A stretch of DNA of 64,000 nucleotides from Phoronis australis. Its lineage: Eukaryota; Animalia; Phoronida. Positions 13,791-27,070 of this stretch are shown here, one piece after another. The notes beneath the pieces were generated by a model, which was given only the letters and a program-made list of their open reading frames with translations, was not told the DNA's origin and did not search any database. The stretch lies in contig NMRA01000014.1 of the NCBI GenBank assembly GCA_002633005.1, positions 1,580,635-1,644,634 on the forward strand. Direction: 5' to 3'. Within the stretch, counting starts at the first letter, position 1. Each line of letters starts with the position of its first letter. The position numbers were made by a program, and so were the translations under genes.

Positions 13791-14024
13791 GAACGAGAGT
13801 GCAAAAGACGGCTTGGACATTCGCGGTGCAGATCATATAAGCGGATTGCGAACGAGGAAAATCGCCTAGCACTCTGGCAAAGCGTGTAGCAGACTTCATG
13901 GCCAGCCGCGTGCTGGCGTTATCTCAGTGCAGAGTCTTACTACCTTGGATGTACCACCAAGTGCAACAGTCGTTTGCTTCCCTAGGGCCCATTTTGCGGC
14001 TCCATATATCATGGGCGGCGAACC

Positions 14025-15163
14025 TACACTCTTTCGCAGTGCTACAAAAGGTATCACTGTCAAATGTTGTTTAACATGACTTCTCATTGGTTAAAGTTAT
14101 GAGAACGACCTCATTAACATTCAGTCATTCCCATTGGTTGAAGTCTGGGAAATTCCTTTCAGTTTTTGCAGTTACCGAGTGTGGGGACCACCTTTGACTT
14201 GAATAGTTGCATTTTATTAAAACGGACAGTAATCGAAGTAAACAAAATCAAAGGAACCCGATCCAGTGGCTTCAGCCCAGTCAAGTAGAGTGCATAAAGG
14301 CGTGTGCAAGTGGTGGCGATGTGATCGGTATACTTCCGACCAAGGCACGCCCACCCACGGATTTTCGTGTGTCCTTCATCGTGTTTCCACCACAGCCGTC
14401 CTCACCTTCTGATCGTCCCCAATATACATAATACTACACGGTATGACACTCGGGACAAGGAATTCCAAGGGTGCTTCACTTCAGCCATTCATATCAAACA
14501 CAAAACTCAATAAAATTACACAAAACAGGGTTTTAACAAACTATTAGCAATTGTTCTTTCTTCTAATACCATTCACTGTGTCCTCAGTGCTCCAGCGAGA
14601 TTGCAACAAATTCGCGGTCAAAGCACTGTTACCAAAAAGCGATTGCGTACTTCCAACTTTGACTGTTCGAGGTCAACGACGGTACAGCAAATGCCGATTT
14701 GTCTCGGAATGTCACGACATCGATAACTCCACGTGGCACTCAGCTAGACGATTTCGTAACCTTCCGTGATGAACCGGCAATTGCCGTCCATCCGCAACTC
14801 ATCGGATAATTCCGTACCGTCCTTGACCTCGAACCGTCAAAGTAGGAAGTACGCATGGGCTTTTTGGGAACATTTTTGTGCTTTGACCTCGAATTTATTG
14901 AGAGCTCGCTGCAGAAGGACATCCTGAATGGTATTAGAAGAAAGAACAACGGCTAATGGTTAGTTGAAACCTTGTTTTGTGTAAATTTACTGAGTTTTGT
15001 ATTTGATGTGAACGGCTGAAGTGAAGCACCCGTGGAATTCCATGTCCCGAGTGTCATACCTTGTAGTATTATATATAGTGTATTGGGGACGATCAGAAAC
15101 TGAGGACGCCTGTGGTTTCCACAGGGCCACTTTTCAGTATAGATGGCGCTGTGTCAGAGACAT
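14025..15163 (+). mobile_element. Non-autonomous AcademH-like element, copy 1 (interrupted by the 14391-15114 insertion)
   Basis: Homologous to 44534-44923 and, inverted, to 54043-54418. Imperfect TIRs TACACTCT..CACAG.GC.AC; RecQ-like Q-motif remnant IQWLQPSQVECIKACASGGDVIGILPTK. Confidence 0.7.
14391..15114. mobile_element. Foldback MITE with ~310-bp inverted arms and an 8-bp TSD (P- or hAT-superfamily-like)
   Basis: Ends CACAGCCGTCCTCA... / ...TGAGGACGCCTGTG; perfect TSD GTTTCCAC at 14383-14390 and 15115-15122; arms about 14391-14700 and 14800-15114. Confidence 0.88.
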
Positions 15164-16899
15164 AATGATAAATAGCATCATGCCTCGTTGTCCAATGAGT
15201 ACAAAAAACACGCACCTTTAAACTGGAAAAATGCCCTTCCTTATTTGCATGAACAGCTGCTCTTGAGTTGCTCGTTGTAAGTGAACAGTGGTTTGTATTC
15301 AGAATTATTTTTAGATTACTCAGATTTCTGTGAAACCACCCAAGGTGCTATTGCGTTCCCACACGTTAGAGCTAAACAGTACAACTGCCACTGTAAACTG
15401 CTGCGACATTTCCATTCCTAATTACACAATTGCTGACGCGTTTCTGCCCTGAACAGTACTATCTGAAATCATGATTTATTTCCCTGGAACTCGACATTTG
15501 AGTTTGACAGGTTTCTACGCAGGCCTTAGTGTTTTTCATACAACAAAAAGGCTGGCGAATTTTGAGTGACCTTCAAGAAATTCCCACAGAGTAGTTTACT
15601 TCCCTAGTCCAGAAACGAGTATTGCAAATCTACATCTTGTGATGTTGATTTCTGAACGTCACACAGGGGTAAACTACGATTACTAAAGACCTGTTCTATA
15701 ATACACAACTATTTTCACTTTTTTACAAAATTATTCTAAAATTAAATTGAGACACGTGTGGTTAAATATTAAGAAAATCATAAATTGGAAATATTAAGAA
15801 AACTATGACTTAAAGGAAGCTTCAGCCAATCCCATGACCTATACATTCGATCACGACAACTTTGAGGAAAGACATTGGCGAGGCTGATAGAGCGCTTGTT
15901 AATTGTAATAGCATTGACTATCTATTTATCAATAAATCCAATTCATGGGCTAAACACGGGTTTATACCCAGCTTTTCTGTAAAGTCAGATAATAGCATGT
16001 CTTTATACTCAATTACTACAAAGCAATTTCCCTTTCATCTTGCCCATATACCCTCATTTGACAATGTTTAAATAATTTTTTATCCACAAACGAATATATA
16101 AACGAGATGTTAAAAATTTCTGGTATTACACAAACCGATCAATGTCCCTACTTTTACCAAGCTCTAGACATTTCAGCATATGTTTTACAGCTGCTTCTGT
16201 GACTTTTCTGGGACTCCCTACATTATTTGTTAAATAAAGTTCTAAACTTTTATATAGAATCATCTGTATATCACTTTTTAGTCTGCTTCCTTTGCAAACC
16301 AAGTAAAGACTTTAATATTATGTTTATCCATGCACAATACTGTACTTATACTTCAACGAACATGGGACTCAACCACGTTTTAATAATTGTAAATTAATCC
16401 TGTTTGAGACTGTGAACGATATTTTACTCAAAACCTCGGATAACACTTATGGAAAGTTTTGCGGGCATCTATTTAAAATGAATAGAATAATATAATATCC
16501 TTTTCATACGAGTGTGATTGTGCTTTTTAACCGCTTTTTCATTTTATCATGATGTTATTGATTTTTTTTCGTAAATACAGGCCTATGTACATGTAAATAT
16601 ATTTATTCGGTTGTTTCAATTGGAGCGAGTGTGATTTTATGCAAGTCCTTTCCCTTGATTCTGCTCCTCTTGAATGATAACCCGGTGCTAATTTTACACC
16701 CAATCACCACGAGTTCCGTTTCAAATAAATATTTTGTTCATTATTGTATATTGCTATTAAAATTTTAAGAATTATGTGACTGGGGCCACCCAGCCATGTT
16801 CACTAATAATGTACTATAAAGAAAGAAAGTTAAGACACGTTGTTATTGTTGCCTCGTGCGTGTTGTAACCATAGCTATAGGTTTTGTGGTCACCAACAA

Positions 16900-18188
16900 A
16901 TAGTGTAATTCAAAGATATTTATTATTTGTACCTACCAAAACGTATTTGTCTAAATTCACTGTACAACTAAATATAACATGGAAGTCCACAGTGGATTCA
17001 TTACGTATACATGTCGTTAACTTAAAAGACAAACACCAGAAGGCCTCGTACTGGTATGCTGGTGCATTCCCCATGACTAGCCCGGCAAACACGGCTTTTC
17101 AACACCACTAAAATTCACGAGATGGTTTCAAAAGATTCACAATGGATATCAGAACGTCATTTGAACGTAAAAAGGGGAACTTTCACATCCATCGAGGACA
17201 AACTGGGTCCAAAAACCAACAGGATTATTAAATAATAACATGATATGATAAAAACAAATATGGAATCGTCCATTAATCAACTCCTTTTCCCTTTTTAAGA
17301 CCAAGTAAAAGCTATATTTTGTGCTGTATAAAATATCTATAACCTAAGTGCCTCCACACACTTCTTTCCTTGTCTAATAGTCGCGTTTCATAACCTTTCT
17401 ACTTTCAGGAAATTGTAAGCTACCGTCTTTCTAGTTTATCATGGGTCAATATGTCCATGCATCAGTGATGAAGTAAATGTCATGCAAGACCTGGATCTTC
17501 AAAAGAGTTGGCAACATTACCAAAAGTCACTACCTCGTCCAATGTACATTACATTAATTGTAAAAAAGATGACGAACTGTCCACATGGTGATAGAAGATT
17601 ACCACATTGGTAGAGATATGATTTAGGAGAAGGTTTGGGAGGGGCTCAATCATTCTAAGACAGCTGTGCACATGAGATATGTTGAACCGTTTCCTTAAAA
17701 GGATACCAAACCCGGTTTTGACGTTTGAACAGGTGATTAAAAACGACTTTCCCATCCAGTTGTCAGAAACAAAATAATGCTCTGTAACCCTCAGCAACCT
17801 TAAAAAATTTGGAACAGAATTTTAAAATTCCTTTCAAAATTCTGCTAAACGGGTAAGCGTGACCTACGCTTTAGGCGAGTTACACGACAACTGTAGGGAA
17901 AGACCAACCACCAAGAACCATCATACCTAATCTATGTCACAGAGAGTGTGAGTTCTTAGTTGAATGTTGGTTTATCATTCAAGTGGATGCCAATAATGCC
18001 TTAGCATATGGCAGATCAGAAGGTTGGTTGAAATCACATTACAGGGGTTAGCACCCTTTTTAAATATATCGAGTATGCATACTGTTCCTACTTTCTCCGA
18101 ACACAAACTGATTACCATTGCGTGTTTAATCAATGCTGCTTGCGATGATTCGAATGAAGCACTCCAAACAGAACACGGAAATGCATTT
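16900..18188 (-). other. Probable innexin 3' UTR with candidate poly(A) signal
   Basis: AU-rich non-coding tract after the stop codon; minus-strand AATAAA at 16924-16919 followed by GU-rich sequence (alternative signal at 16607-16602). The end is not determinable. Confidence 0.4.
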
Positions 18189-19385
18189 TTAAACTGTTGC
18201 CGCTGGCTTGGGATGATATGCTGTTCTAAATCTCTTGAAATTATCCCATAAGTGGCCGATCAGCTCGGCGATCACAATATCGTTCGTGTTGATACTTATG
18301 AGCTTTAGAACAAACACACCGTCTTGGCGAAGGTACCTCTCGGAGAAAACTTTCAACAATTTTGAGTCGTTTCCACCTTTGTAAAAGTTCAACATCACCA
18401 AGTACTTCTTAACGTATCGGTAACGTGTACGTGAAAACAGACCACGTATCCATGGTAATATGCCCCAAACAGTAAGTGCCGCCACCAACGCCATCCAAAA
18501 CCAAAGAAATATAAATATTTTTTCGTTAAAGAGATTGATTGGTAGAGCGCACTGCAAAGTGTATCGATGGATATTCTCCATTCCACCCAAGCGACGTATT
18601 TCGAAGTCACACAAAGTCACGCGTGGAAACCGATGTGACTCTTTCCAGTCAGTACCATTCGTTAACTTCTGTAGCACCTCAATACCGAAAAACATGTAAT
18701 CGGTAGCAAGAAATTTGTTCAAGAGAAAAATTTGCCCAACAGCGTTACATACATATAGGACTTTGATACCGAGATAAACAGTGATGAGGTTGTTGCCAAA
18801 CTTTTTGCCGCAGCCGAGACAAAGTTTTTCACTTAACACTTGTTTGAATTTGGCGCAACAGCCAGTGCCGCGCTCCCGTTGGAAGTCCAAATAGCGGTCC
18901 ATATGTCTTACTACAAACTTTAGCGTCTTATCACGAATGTCGGGATTCAGATGCTCCGAATGGTTGACACACTTAACAATTCCATTAATGTTTAATCCAA
19001 CACGAGAGCAAAATATCCGCCACAGCACGTGCGGGAAAAAGTAGAAGGCGGCCATGCAGGCGAGAATGAAGGGCACCCATTGGTAGTAGGCGACTTCCTT
19101 CTCTTTGCGGGGTGTCAGTGTTTCCGGCACGCCTTTATCCGGCGGTACGTAGTAGGTGTTCGACACCCAACAAATGTTGTTGGCATATTCCTCGTGGTTT
19201 ACTACGAAGTGAGCTGGACACCAGCAGTTTATAGGGTCACCGACATATTGCTTTGAGCCAACGATTATCATAGCGATGACAAGAACCCCGATGGTGTACC
19301 TGTGGTTGAGACGATCAAAGAAGTCGTCGTCATGGTGAACGGTCAACTGAGCTACATTGCTGACGATGTCTAAGAAACTGAACAT
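18189..19385 (-). CDS. inx: Innexin (gap-junction/hemichannel protein, UNC-9-like), 398 aa, encoded in a single constant exon
   Basis: DDDFFDRLNH before TM1, KQYVGDPINCWCP and NICW in EL1, YYQWVP signature at TM2, FPRVTLCDF and QCALPINLFNEKIFIFLWFW in EL2/TM4, YLRQDGVFVL in the C-tail. Acceptor tgtttctatttcAG|A ATG (AG at 19388-19387). Confidence 0.98.
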   Translation of the reverse strand: MFSFLDIVSNVAQLTVHHDDDFFDRLNHRYTIGVLVIAMIIVGSKQYVGDPINCWCPAHFVVNHEEYANNICWVSNTYYVPPDKGVPETLTPRKEKEVAYYQWVPFILACMAAFYFFPHVLWRIFCSRVGLNINGIVKCVNHSEHLNPDIRDKTLKFVVRHMDRYLDFQRERGTGCCAKFKQVLSEKLCLGCGKKFGNNLITVYLGIKVLYVCNAVGQIFLLNKFLATDYMFFGIEVLQKLTNGTDWKESHRFPRVTLCDFEIRRLGGMENIHRYTLQCALPINLFNEKIFIFLWFWMALVAALTVWGILPWIRGLFSRTRYRYVKKYLVMLNFYKGGNDSKLLKVFSERYLRQDGVFVLKLISINTNDIVIAELIGHLWDNFKRFRTAYHPKPAATV

Positions 19386-21986
19386 TCTGAAATAGAAACA
19401 CGAAGGTGGTTAATAGTGACTCAGAATATGTCCATATATTAATTAAATCTATCGAAAATTAGGTATTTATTTATACGCTTTGCTACCTAAGTGTAACGTT
19501 ATTCGGTTGGTGGCTACTTTGATCACATCATTCCATTTGTCAGTAACCCGCTTCTGCTCGCGCCTCGGTGGTGAACGTACAAGAGCATTAGTTCAAAGCT
19601 CCTTTATAGAACCCCGAAATTATGATTATTTCCAACAGTGCCAAGCCTTTAAATTTTCAAGCGGTTGTCATAGTACTTGACTCAATACCACAATGATTGT
19701 CTAGCGAGAATAGTTTTACTGGGAACACAGTTTTGAACTACACAAACGATTAGTCAATTTCTCAGTAAGACTACATTCATGATTCTTAACATACCTCAAG
19801 CGGAAACAATCGTCAGTGTGCATTTAAAGCCCGCATGCGCAACATAGTCCGGTAATAGGCATGGCATTTGCACCTGTTATCATTACCGTTGGGGCTCGCG
19901 AACACCGTTTGACTAATTTCATGCTCAACATGACTCAGACCTCGTGGCGTAATGACATGTATGGGGGTACAGGAAGCTTGTTCTTTCCAGACATCAAGAA
20001 GTCATTACGCAAGTTCCAAATGTCAAGTGAACGACGCGTTTTCAACTTGGAAGATGTTTTTGTGAAGCCCGTCGTGCAGAACAACCGCGTGCTCGTTATT
20101 GCGTTTTCGTTCATTAGTTTGCCATTAATTTGAACTTGTGTAAACGGTGTACTAAGCTACAGAAATGTTGGCACTTTGAGGACGACTTTAAAAAAACACG
20201 TAAGAGACTTGTTCCGTTTCATTTTCGTAGAAAACCCTTATCAAAGAAATGGCAACTTAAACCAAACTAGACGCCATTTCTTAATGATGTAATGTCAATG
20301 CAAAATAAACCCAATTTCATGAACAAAAATTCACTGACAAGGTCGCACAGGTGCGCATTTTAGCTTTTGAGGGTGTCTTCTGGCTGGAAATTGGTCATGC
20401 AAAGTTTTTAGTGAGGTCACAGAAACTCTGCGGAGCAAAATAATTTTGTTTGTTCGAAATAAGGGTTGCCAGAACAGTAGTTTGTATAAAATCATTAATA
20501 AAACTTCAGTACAACAAATCAATTATTCCATGTGTCAAAAAAACCCATAAAACTCGATAGAAGACCAAATGCAGCGATCCCGACGGCGTGAGAAGCAAGC
20601 AGCCTACTCCGCAGACGAATGGAGGCTTATGGAGTCTTTCTGCATACAATTTCTTTCCAAGACAGAATGTTTTGATTAAGGAACTCTCTAAATTATTACC
20701 AAAACTAACACGATGATGCTGGCTTGTCAGTTCAATTAAAGCTCTCCGAAACAGCATATCTATTAGAAGCGCGCGGTAAAGATACAACTAAGCTAGAAGT
20801 ATGAAATTCTCGCTCGAAATTTCTCGTGTATTCGATCACTTCGGACTTAGAAGATAATATAGTATAAATAGAATCATCTTTCGCACAAGACATATCCATA
20901 AAAAACAAACGCTTTTAATTGGAACGGCCGCCACTCACAGATCTACAATTAGACGACGGCTCGTTCACTTTTTTGTCCAAGCTTTAACATTTACCAGTAG
21001 TTTTTACAAAAATCTCTGAACAATATCAGATTATCTCTAGCCATTTCAAGTCTCGTAGCTCCACTGCGTACTGAAATGTCAGGCAAATTTAATGGCGTTG
21101 AGAAATGTTTTCTCAATTTTCTACCTAAACAATCGTGCCCACATGTCACAACAGGGTGACAGTTATAAAGTATCGTAGATGGACAATGACATCACTCGTA
21201 ATGTGTTTTACATTCAGGCTTACGTCGTCATGTGCCAAATGTCAAAAATTTAAGGATTCTCTGCTTCATTTCAGTTAAAAAGACATAATCGAATTTCAGC
21301 GCAAACCGATTCCCAAATGGCTTTTTCTACATGACATATTTTCGCAATAGACATCGAAAGTTATAGTAGAGAATAATTTTCCGACTTTACAACTAAAAAA
21401 TTGGGACCACTGTTAAATGATAAAATTCATTTTTGTAGAATTGATGTAGCACGATACGTATCTTTATGCGCGAGCTGAAATGCATTTGTGTGATTTCTTT
21501 CCATTGCCCACAAGTCTCAAGGCACAGAAATTATTTGTTATCTGAATAAGGAGCAAGTTGAACGGAGACCAATTTCACACATACAAGGAAAATCGCGATG
21601 GCCTAGATCTACAGTTCTTGACGGCAAGAAGCTTTGTGTATTATACCCGTGTTCTTCAATTTTTAAGCGAATTTAGTCCAACGTATTAACCCACACTCTG
21701 CGTGTGAACAAGAAGACCAGAAATTCCAATGATGGATCCATTAGTAAAAAGCTATTTAATGGTGTATTATTACCTCATGTCAGGTAACGGTCTGAACTTG
21801 GTGAATGTTTACACAGACAGTATTAAAAATACGAACACTACATGTCAATTAATGCGGCCGACCTCCGGCATTTTATTAAGCAGGTACAATGTATTTAAAT
21901 AACTGCAATCAAGCGGGCCAACTGCTGCACTCATTACTAATCAATAGGTGAACTACCATAGTGTCCTTCCAACGTCAGACAATCCA

Positions 21987-22138
21987 CATTGGCGGATCTA
22001 GGATGACGCAAGGGGATCACACTTTTCAACGCAGGAAAGTGTCCATGGGGGCTCTAAAAACGGCATGCTGACGGTATTTTTCGTAAAAAAACAACATTGG
22101 GCTCGACTCTTTTTAAAACTCAACCGATTCCGTCACTG
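21987..22138. mobile_element. Short hAT-type MITE relic
   Basis: Ends CATTGGCGGATC... / ...GATTCCGTCACTG; same end motif as 23891-24041 and 38533; no TSD recognisable. Confidence 0.45.
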
Positions 22139-23890
22139 GTTTTCAATAATGTGTTAAGTTTAAGAAATAATAGAAATGAACAACCAAACACGAGACGCAA
22201 AATAGAAGTGTTTAATGTTATGAGATGACTGATAGGATTTAAATAAAAGTTTCGAATGCTGTGTTTTATGCATTGCTCTCCAAAATTTAATCAAAATTGT
22301 TTTCGATGAATACAGGTGCAAAACATTCCAAACAGCGCTGTTGTCGGTATGAGGAGCTATCAACATTGGTCGTTTAGGATTTAACACTCAAATGTTGCAT
22401 AAAACAAAAAAGATGACGAAAGGATAACTTAGATAATTATAACAGGGTGTTCGGAATTTAATCCTAAACTTTTTTATCGCCAAACGAAATTTGTCCATGT
22501 TATTGATACTGTTGTTTTGCTGCGAATTTGCTCTTTTTCCTGAATTTTAATAGAAAGACATGATCATGTAACCCAATTAATGTCAGAAGGATTTGTACAA
22601 AGTCAAAATCAAATTCTGTGTTCTTTCTACTTTCAGAAAATTGATATGCAATTTTACATAATTAAATTCTACAATTTTGTAGATATTTGTCTGATTGCTT
22701 TTACTAGTCGGCAATGTCTCAGACAACCGTAGGTTTAAAGAGGCATTTCGCCGCTGTTTAACTGTCAAAGTTAAATTTGTAACCCGGTGAAGCGCTTTAG
22801 ATTTAATGGCATTACCAAACTCATTCGATCTTGAATTGTTGTCGATTGAGCCGGCAACTCGAATAACAGGCAATGCGTAAATGCGTACATTTTTAAAGTC
22901 ACAAGTCTAGTGTAGGCCAATCCCAATAACGTTCGGAGCGTTTTCCTGAGCCGCTGGTGGAAAGGGGAGTAGAATCCTCTCACGGTAAGCAGAGATATTT
23001 CAAGGTAGCAAAAGCCCAAATTCGGTTTTCACTTTTTAGCCAGCTAAACAAGGCAAAATGCAGCTTGATATTTAAGTATACGAAATAAACGACAACATAT
23101 TTGGTGAGTAAAATCATTTTCAGAATATACATTATGTATACAATCAGATGATAATTATATAATTCTTGCATGAAGTCAAAATAAGGATCTACTGCTATGT
23201 GTAAAAAGTCGAGAAATGGCATCAAAAGCATTTAGAAATTGTTTCCTTAATGTCTCAATTATTTGTTGACATTTTAACTTCATAATGCGTCTGTGTTGAC
23301 TCTACAACCAAGGTATGAGAGCACACCCTACTGTTCTATTAGTGGATCAGACTCTACTGGCATGTCAAACGAGACTAGATCTAGTTGTGGTTAGCTTTAC
23401 AAACTTACTCAAAATTCAGCGAAATTTGTGAAATGAGAATGACTCAACCCCCACGCAGATGTACTCCGTCTCCCATTCATATATGTTTCTAAAAATATTC
23501 TTCACGGAGATTCTTGGCTCCATATGTCAAATGGTCGCCATGTTTCCCGCTCCTGCTAATTGTCGTAATGAGTGACGTTAAAACAGCGCCTGTGAGTTAT
23601 GCCATTAGGTGAGTCCCGAAAGCTGTGCTTGAAATTATTGAGAGCAACATAAGTGGTGCACGAATTATATCAGGTTACAATATAAACGACCGGTTTCTTA
23701 AAATAGGGTTAACATTTGAAAGTAATTATCAGTCATATTATTTACCTTTTTCTTTCACCTGGGATCGCAGAATAAGCTGATTCATGGACAAATACGTCAT
23801 AAAAGAATGATAATTTCATCTTGTTAACCTACATTATCGTTCTGAAGGAACAACGAAAGATTCACTAAAACTATTTCAAGAGTCCACTGA

Positions 23891-24041
23891 TAGTGGCGGA
23901 TTAGAGGGGGCCAAGGGGCCATGGCACCCTAAAATTCTCCCAGACTCCATTTGGCAGTTCGGGGTGCGAATGTCTGACGGGCAAAATCCTGGCTAATACA
24001 CTCGCCGGGCCCCCCAACTCAAAATCCTGGATCCGTCCCTA
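23891..24041. mobile_element. Short hAT-type MITE relic
   Basis: TAGTGGCGGAT...GGATCCGTCCCTA termini with a G/C-rich ggggccatggcaccc interior; TSD not recognisable. Confidence 0.5.
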
Positions 24042-26692
24042 GATAGCTAGATGAACTACTGCAAACCAAAACAGTTGCTGCCTACATTCGTCACAAACGA
24101 GTTTTACTTACCCTCACTGTTTTGAACAATTTGATCTCTGATCTCTTCCTTACGAAGCTGCATGTAACTGGTGGAATTTTAATAAAACAAGCACGTTTTA
24201 CTTTGTAATTTAGAATTCTATGAACCATGTGTGTGTAAGAATTACTTTGAAAACGACGGCCATTCTACAAGTTGAAATGTAACGTTATCGCAAGTTTGTT
24301 TTCGCCGTTAAAGTGCACAGAATATTTCCGTCTGTTCCAGCTTCTTCAGTGATTAGATTTGTCTGTGCGGATGAGTCGGAATGTTTTCTTCCATATTGCC
24401 AGAACGCACATTCAGCGTGAGCCCAATTAGTGAAAAACGAGTTTATCACACGAATAATTCGTCAGCAGGTGTTTTCCATTTGACTGCTAAGAATTGAAAG
24501 TAACACCGCGAAACGTCACCTAAGTTTCCCCATCAGAGACACACATGGTGTTTACATGTCACACAAGCAACCGGACACAAAGCGGGTTCACAGGAGACGT
24601 TGCATAGGCAGACATAGGGGAGACATGATTAAATAACACCGTCAGCATGCTGGCACGGTTTTCGAGGACATTTTCCTTAAAAAATGGCTGGCCCTTACAA
24701 CACCCTAAACCCGCCAGTGTGTCGTTGCCGTCACATAGATAATCCAACAGAGAAAGGATTCACGTGGTGTCAAGGACCCGAAAACAGGGATGATTGATCA
24801 CGACGTTTTCATGTCACACAGGTACCCCGATACAGGGCGGATTCACATATGTTGAGCTACCAACACACGGTTTATAAAACATGTACCCTAACACAGAAAT
24901 CATTAAGAATGGTTGTTTTAAAGAGACTCAGTAGTAAGTCAAATTTGTTCCGAATTAGATAAAGAATTTTCACTGTTTAATTTTTGAATCTCCGGCAGTC
25001 AGCCAGAAATTCATTTGCGCAGTTTGACCTTTGAAAAAAGTAAAATAACATACACGCAGATGGAGATGGCTTTAAAATATTCTCATCTTTTGATGTTTCA
25101 AAACTATGTCGATGTTTTCCGAGTAAATGAACAAAGTTTATAGGTATATTGTGCGCTGTTTCAGCGATGTGACAACTACTTTGAGACATCTCGTTATTTC
25201 AGGACGAGGGCGAGTGTCACGTGTTTTGAGTTAATTTTGCGACTGCTACGAAAATTCGAGTTGTGAAGTAAGATAAGATAACAGTTCTTATTTTCTATGG
25301 TTAAACTGTGTTCAAAATGAAGATCACGAGTGTTTTGTACGTTGATAAAATTCTTCATTCTTATTTAATCTTATTTTGAAATTGGCCATTTTCAGCAGCA
25401 CTCACTATATAAATGTAACTTACTTGAAGTACAGGAAATAGCAGCCACAGATACAAGATATCTTGCAGGCATCACTAACAAGCTGTTATCATTAAAAGAA
25501 TGATTCATTAAATTGTAATATTTTTGTGTAAACCAAGACCTAATGAGAGAACAAGTAACAAACCGTTAGGTATAGAAGTAACTTACTGACAGATAACCAC
25601 TAATCATACACTGTTATAACGGGAAGGCTATTTATGTTCTTATACAGACGATCAGAGTCACTGAAGGGATGCTAATCTATCGACTATAGATCAAAAAAAA
25701 AAAGAACAATAAACAACAACAGCAACAAAAAAATCAAAACTAGCACGGTTCTCTACTTGAGGATGTACTACATTGAGTCACTGTGGACACATGTACGCAG
25801 GTTGAACAATTAGTTTCTCGTCCCTGTTTTCAAACATTAAACAAGACACATACAGATTATGACCATTTATGTGCAACTTTTCGTATTATTTGTGTGATTG
25901 TTATTAATATTTAAACTGGAATAAAGAGCATATCTTGACGAACTGAACAGGTAATAACGATTAGGACAACTGTTTCCATTGTATCGATCAGTGGCACACG
26001 CATATAAAACAATCTTTTTCACCAGGTCTTATATTACTTTCGCCCTACAGGCATGTTTGTTATAGATTGAAGTTATTGGGCTCAAAGTCAGGAATTGCAT
26101 GACTCGTAACCACTGAAACAAATATTGGTTCGACAGAGCTGAAGGTTATTTCACCGTTAACCGTTCAGCTTGTTCGTTTAGTTATTTTGGCTTAACAAAT
26201 ACTGTACCTGTAATCTTTTTTGAGACAAAAAAACGTACAACTGAATTCACACTTTGTTTTGCCATGGAATACTCCGACATGTTGGAATCGTTGTTCGCAT
26301 AAAAATGTTGTAGAAAATTAAATCTCTGCAACTGTCTCTCTCATTTTGCTTGGATGGAAGACATATTGCCAGCTTAAAAGCACAGCTTTAAAAGGATAAC
26401 CAGAACTCAAGAAAGTCTGGGCTCCGATGGCTCGTTCGTTACTGATCCGGTAGGCCTGCAGATTGTCGGTTAGTTAGTAGCTTAAATGTTACAGCTCAAT
26501 GATCCGTAACTAGACAACTAAACGTAGTAGCGAAGTAAAACTTTGTGTTCAGCTTGACTACTGTACAACAACAGTTTCAAAACTTTCACGAAGTTGTACC
26601 TGTAATAGATTTAACAATTAAAACACATTTTAACGTCAAGAGCGTTGCATCGAAAATGTCCCGATGCGTTTTCCATTCGTCTTTCAACTCAC

Positions 26693-26835
26693 CCTGTAGA
26701 TGTTCGCTGGAAGAACGACTCTTCCTCAGATAAAAAACTGATATGGTTTGTTGGTTCCAGACGAATGTTGGGATACTGTGTTTCTTTTGTTTGGTCACCT
26801 CCTGTTCGCCGTGTTAGTCGAGCAATGGGATCCAT
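26693..26835 (-). CDS. Candidate innexin variable first coding exon V1
   Basis: gttATGG start; open for 47 codons + 2 nt: MDPIARLTRRTGGDQTKETQYPNIRLEPTNHISFLSEEESFFQRTST-GG|GTGAGT. GG plus A(19386) gives Gly in frame with the innexin ATG. N-terminus resembles V3 (MDAIARIL). Confidence 0.72.
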
Positions 26836-26929
26836 AACACGTTGGAATCATTCCGACCGAAATAAGTAGGATGAATCGGGGCAGATAAAAGGAACCCACT
26901 TAACCGCTTGACAAAATCTTGCAGATGTT

Positions 26930-27070
26930 TCGAACGCCAAAGCACGGACTGCTTTCTTTATATATTCAAAACAAGGTATCGGTTGATTACCGAAAGCTAA
27001 ACGACACCAGGTTCGCGCCGACGTTTGTTCGAAACACTGATTGGCGATGATGTCAGAATAGGTCCCGCCT
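26930..27070 (-). promoter_or_regulatory. Pol II promoter candidate for V1
   Basis: On minus, in order: GC box GGCGGG (27069-27064), TGACATCA, CCAAT (27044-27040), TATATAAA (26964-26957), about 120 nt upstream of the V1 ATG. Confidence 0.6.

Noticed and set aside
18192-18200. C-terminal ATV as a PDZ-binding motif
   Set aside because: Position -2 is Ala, not Ser/Thr, so it is not a class I motif.
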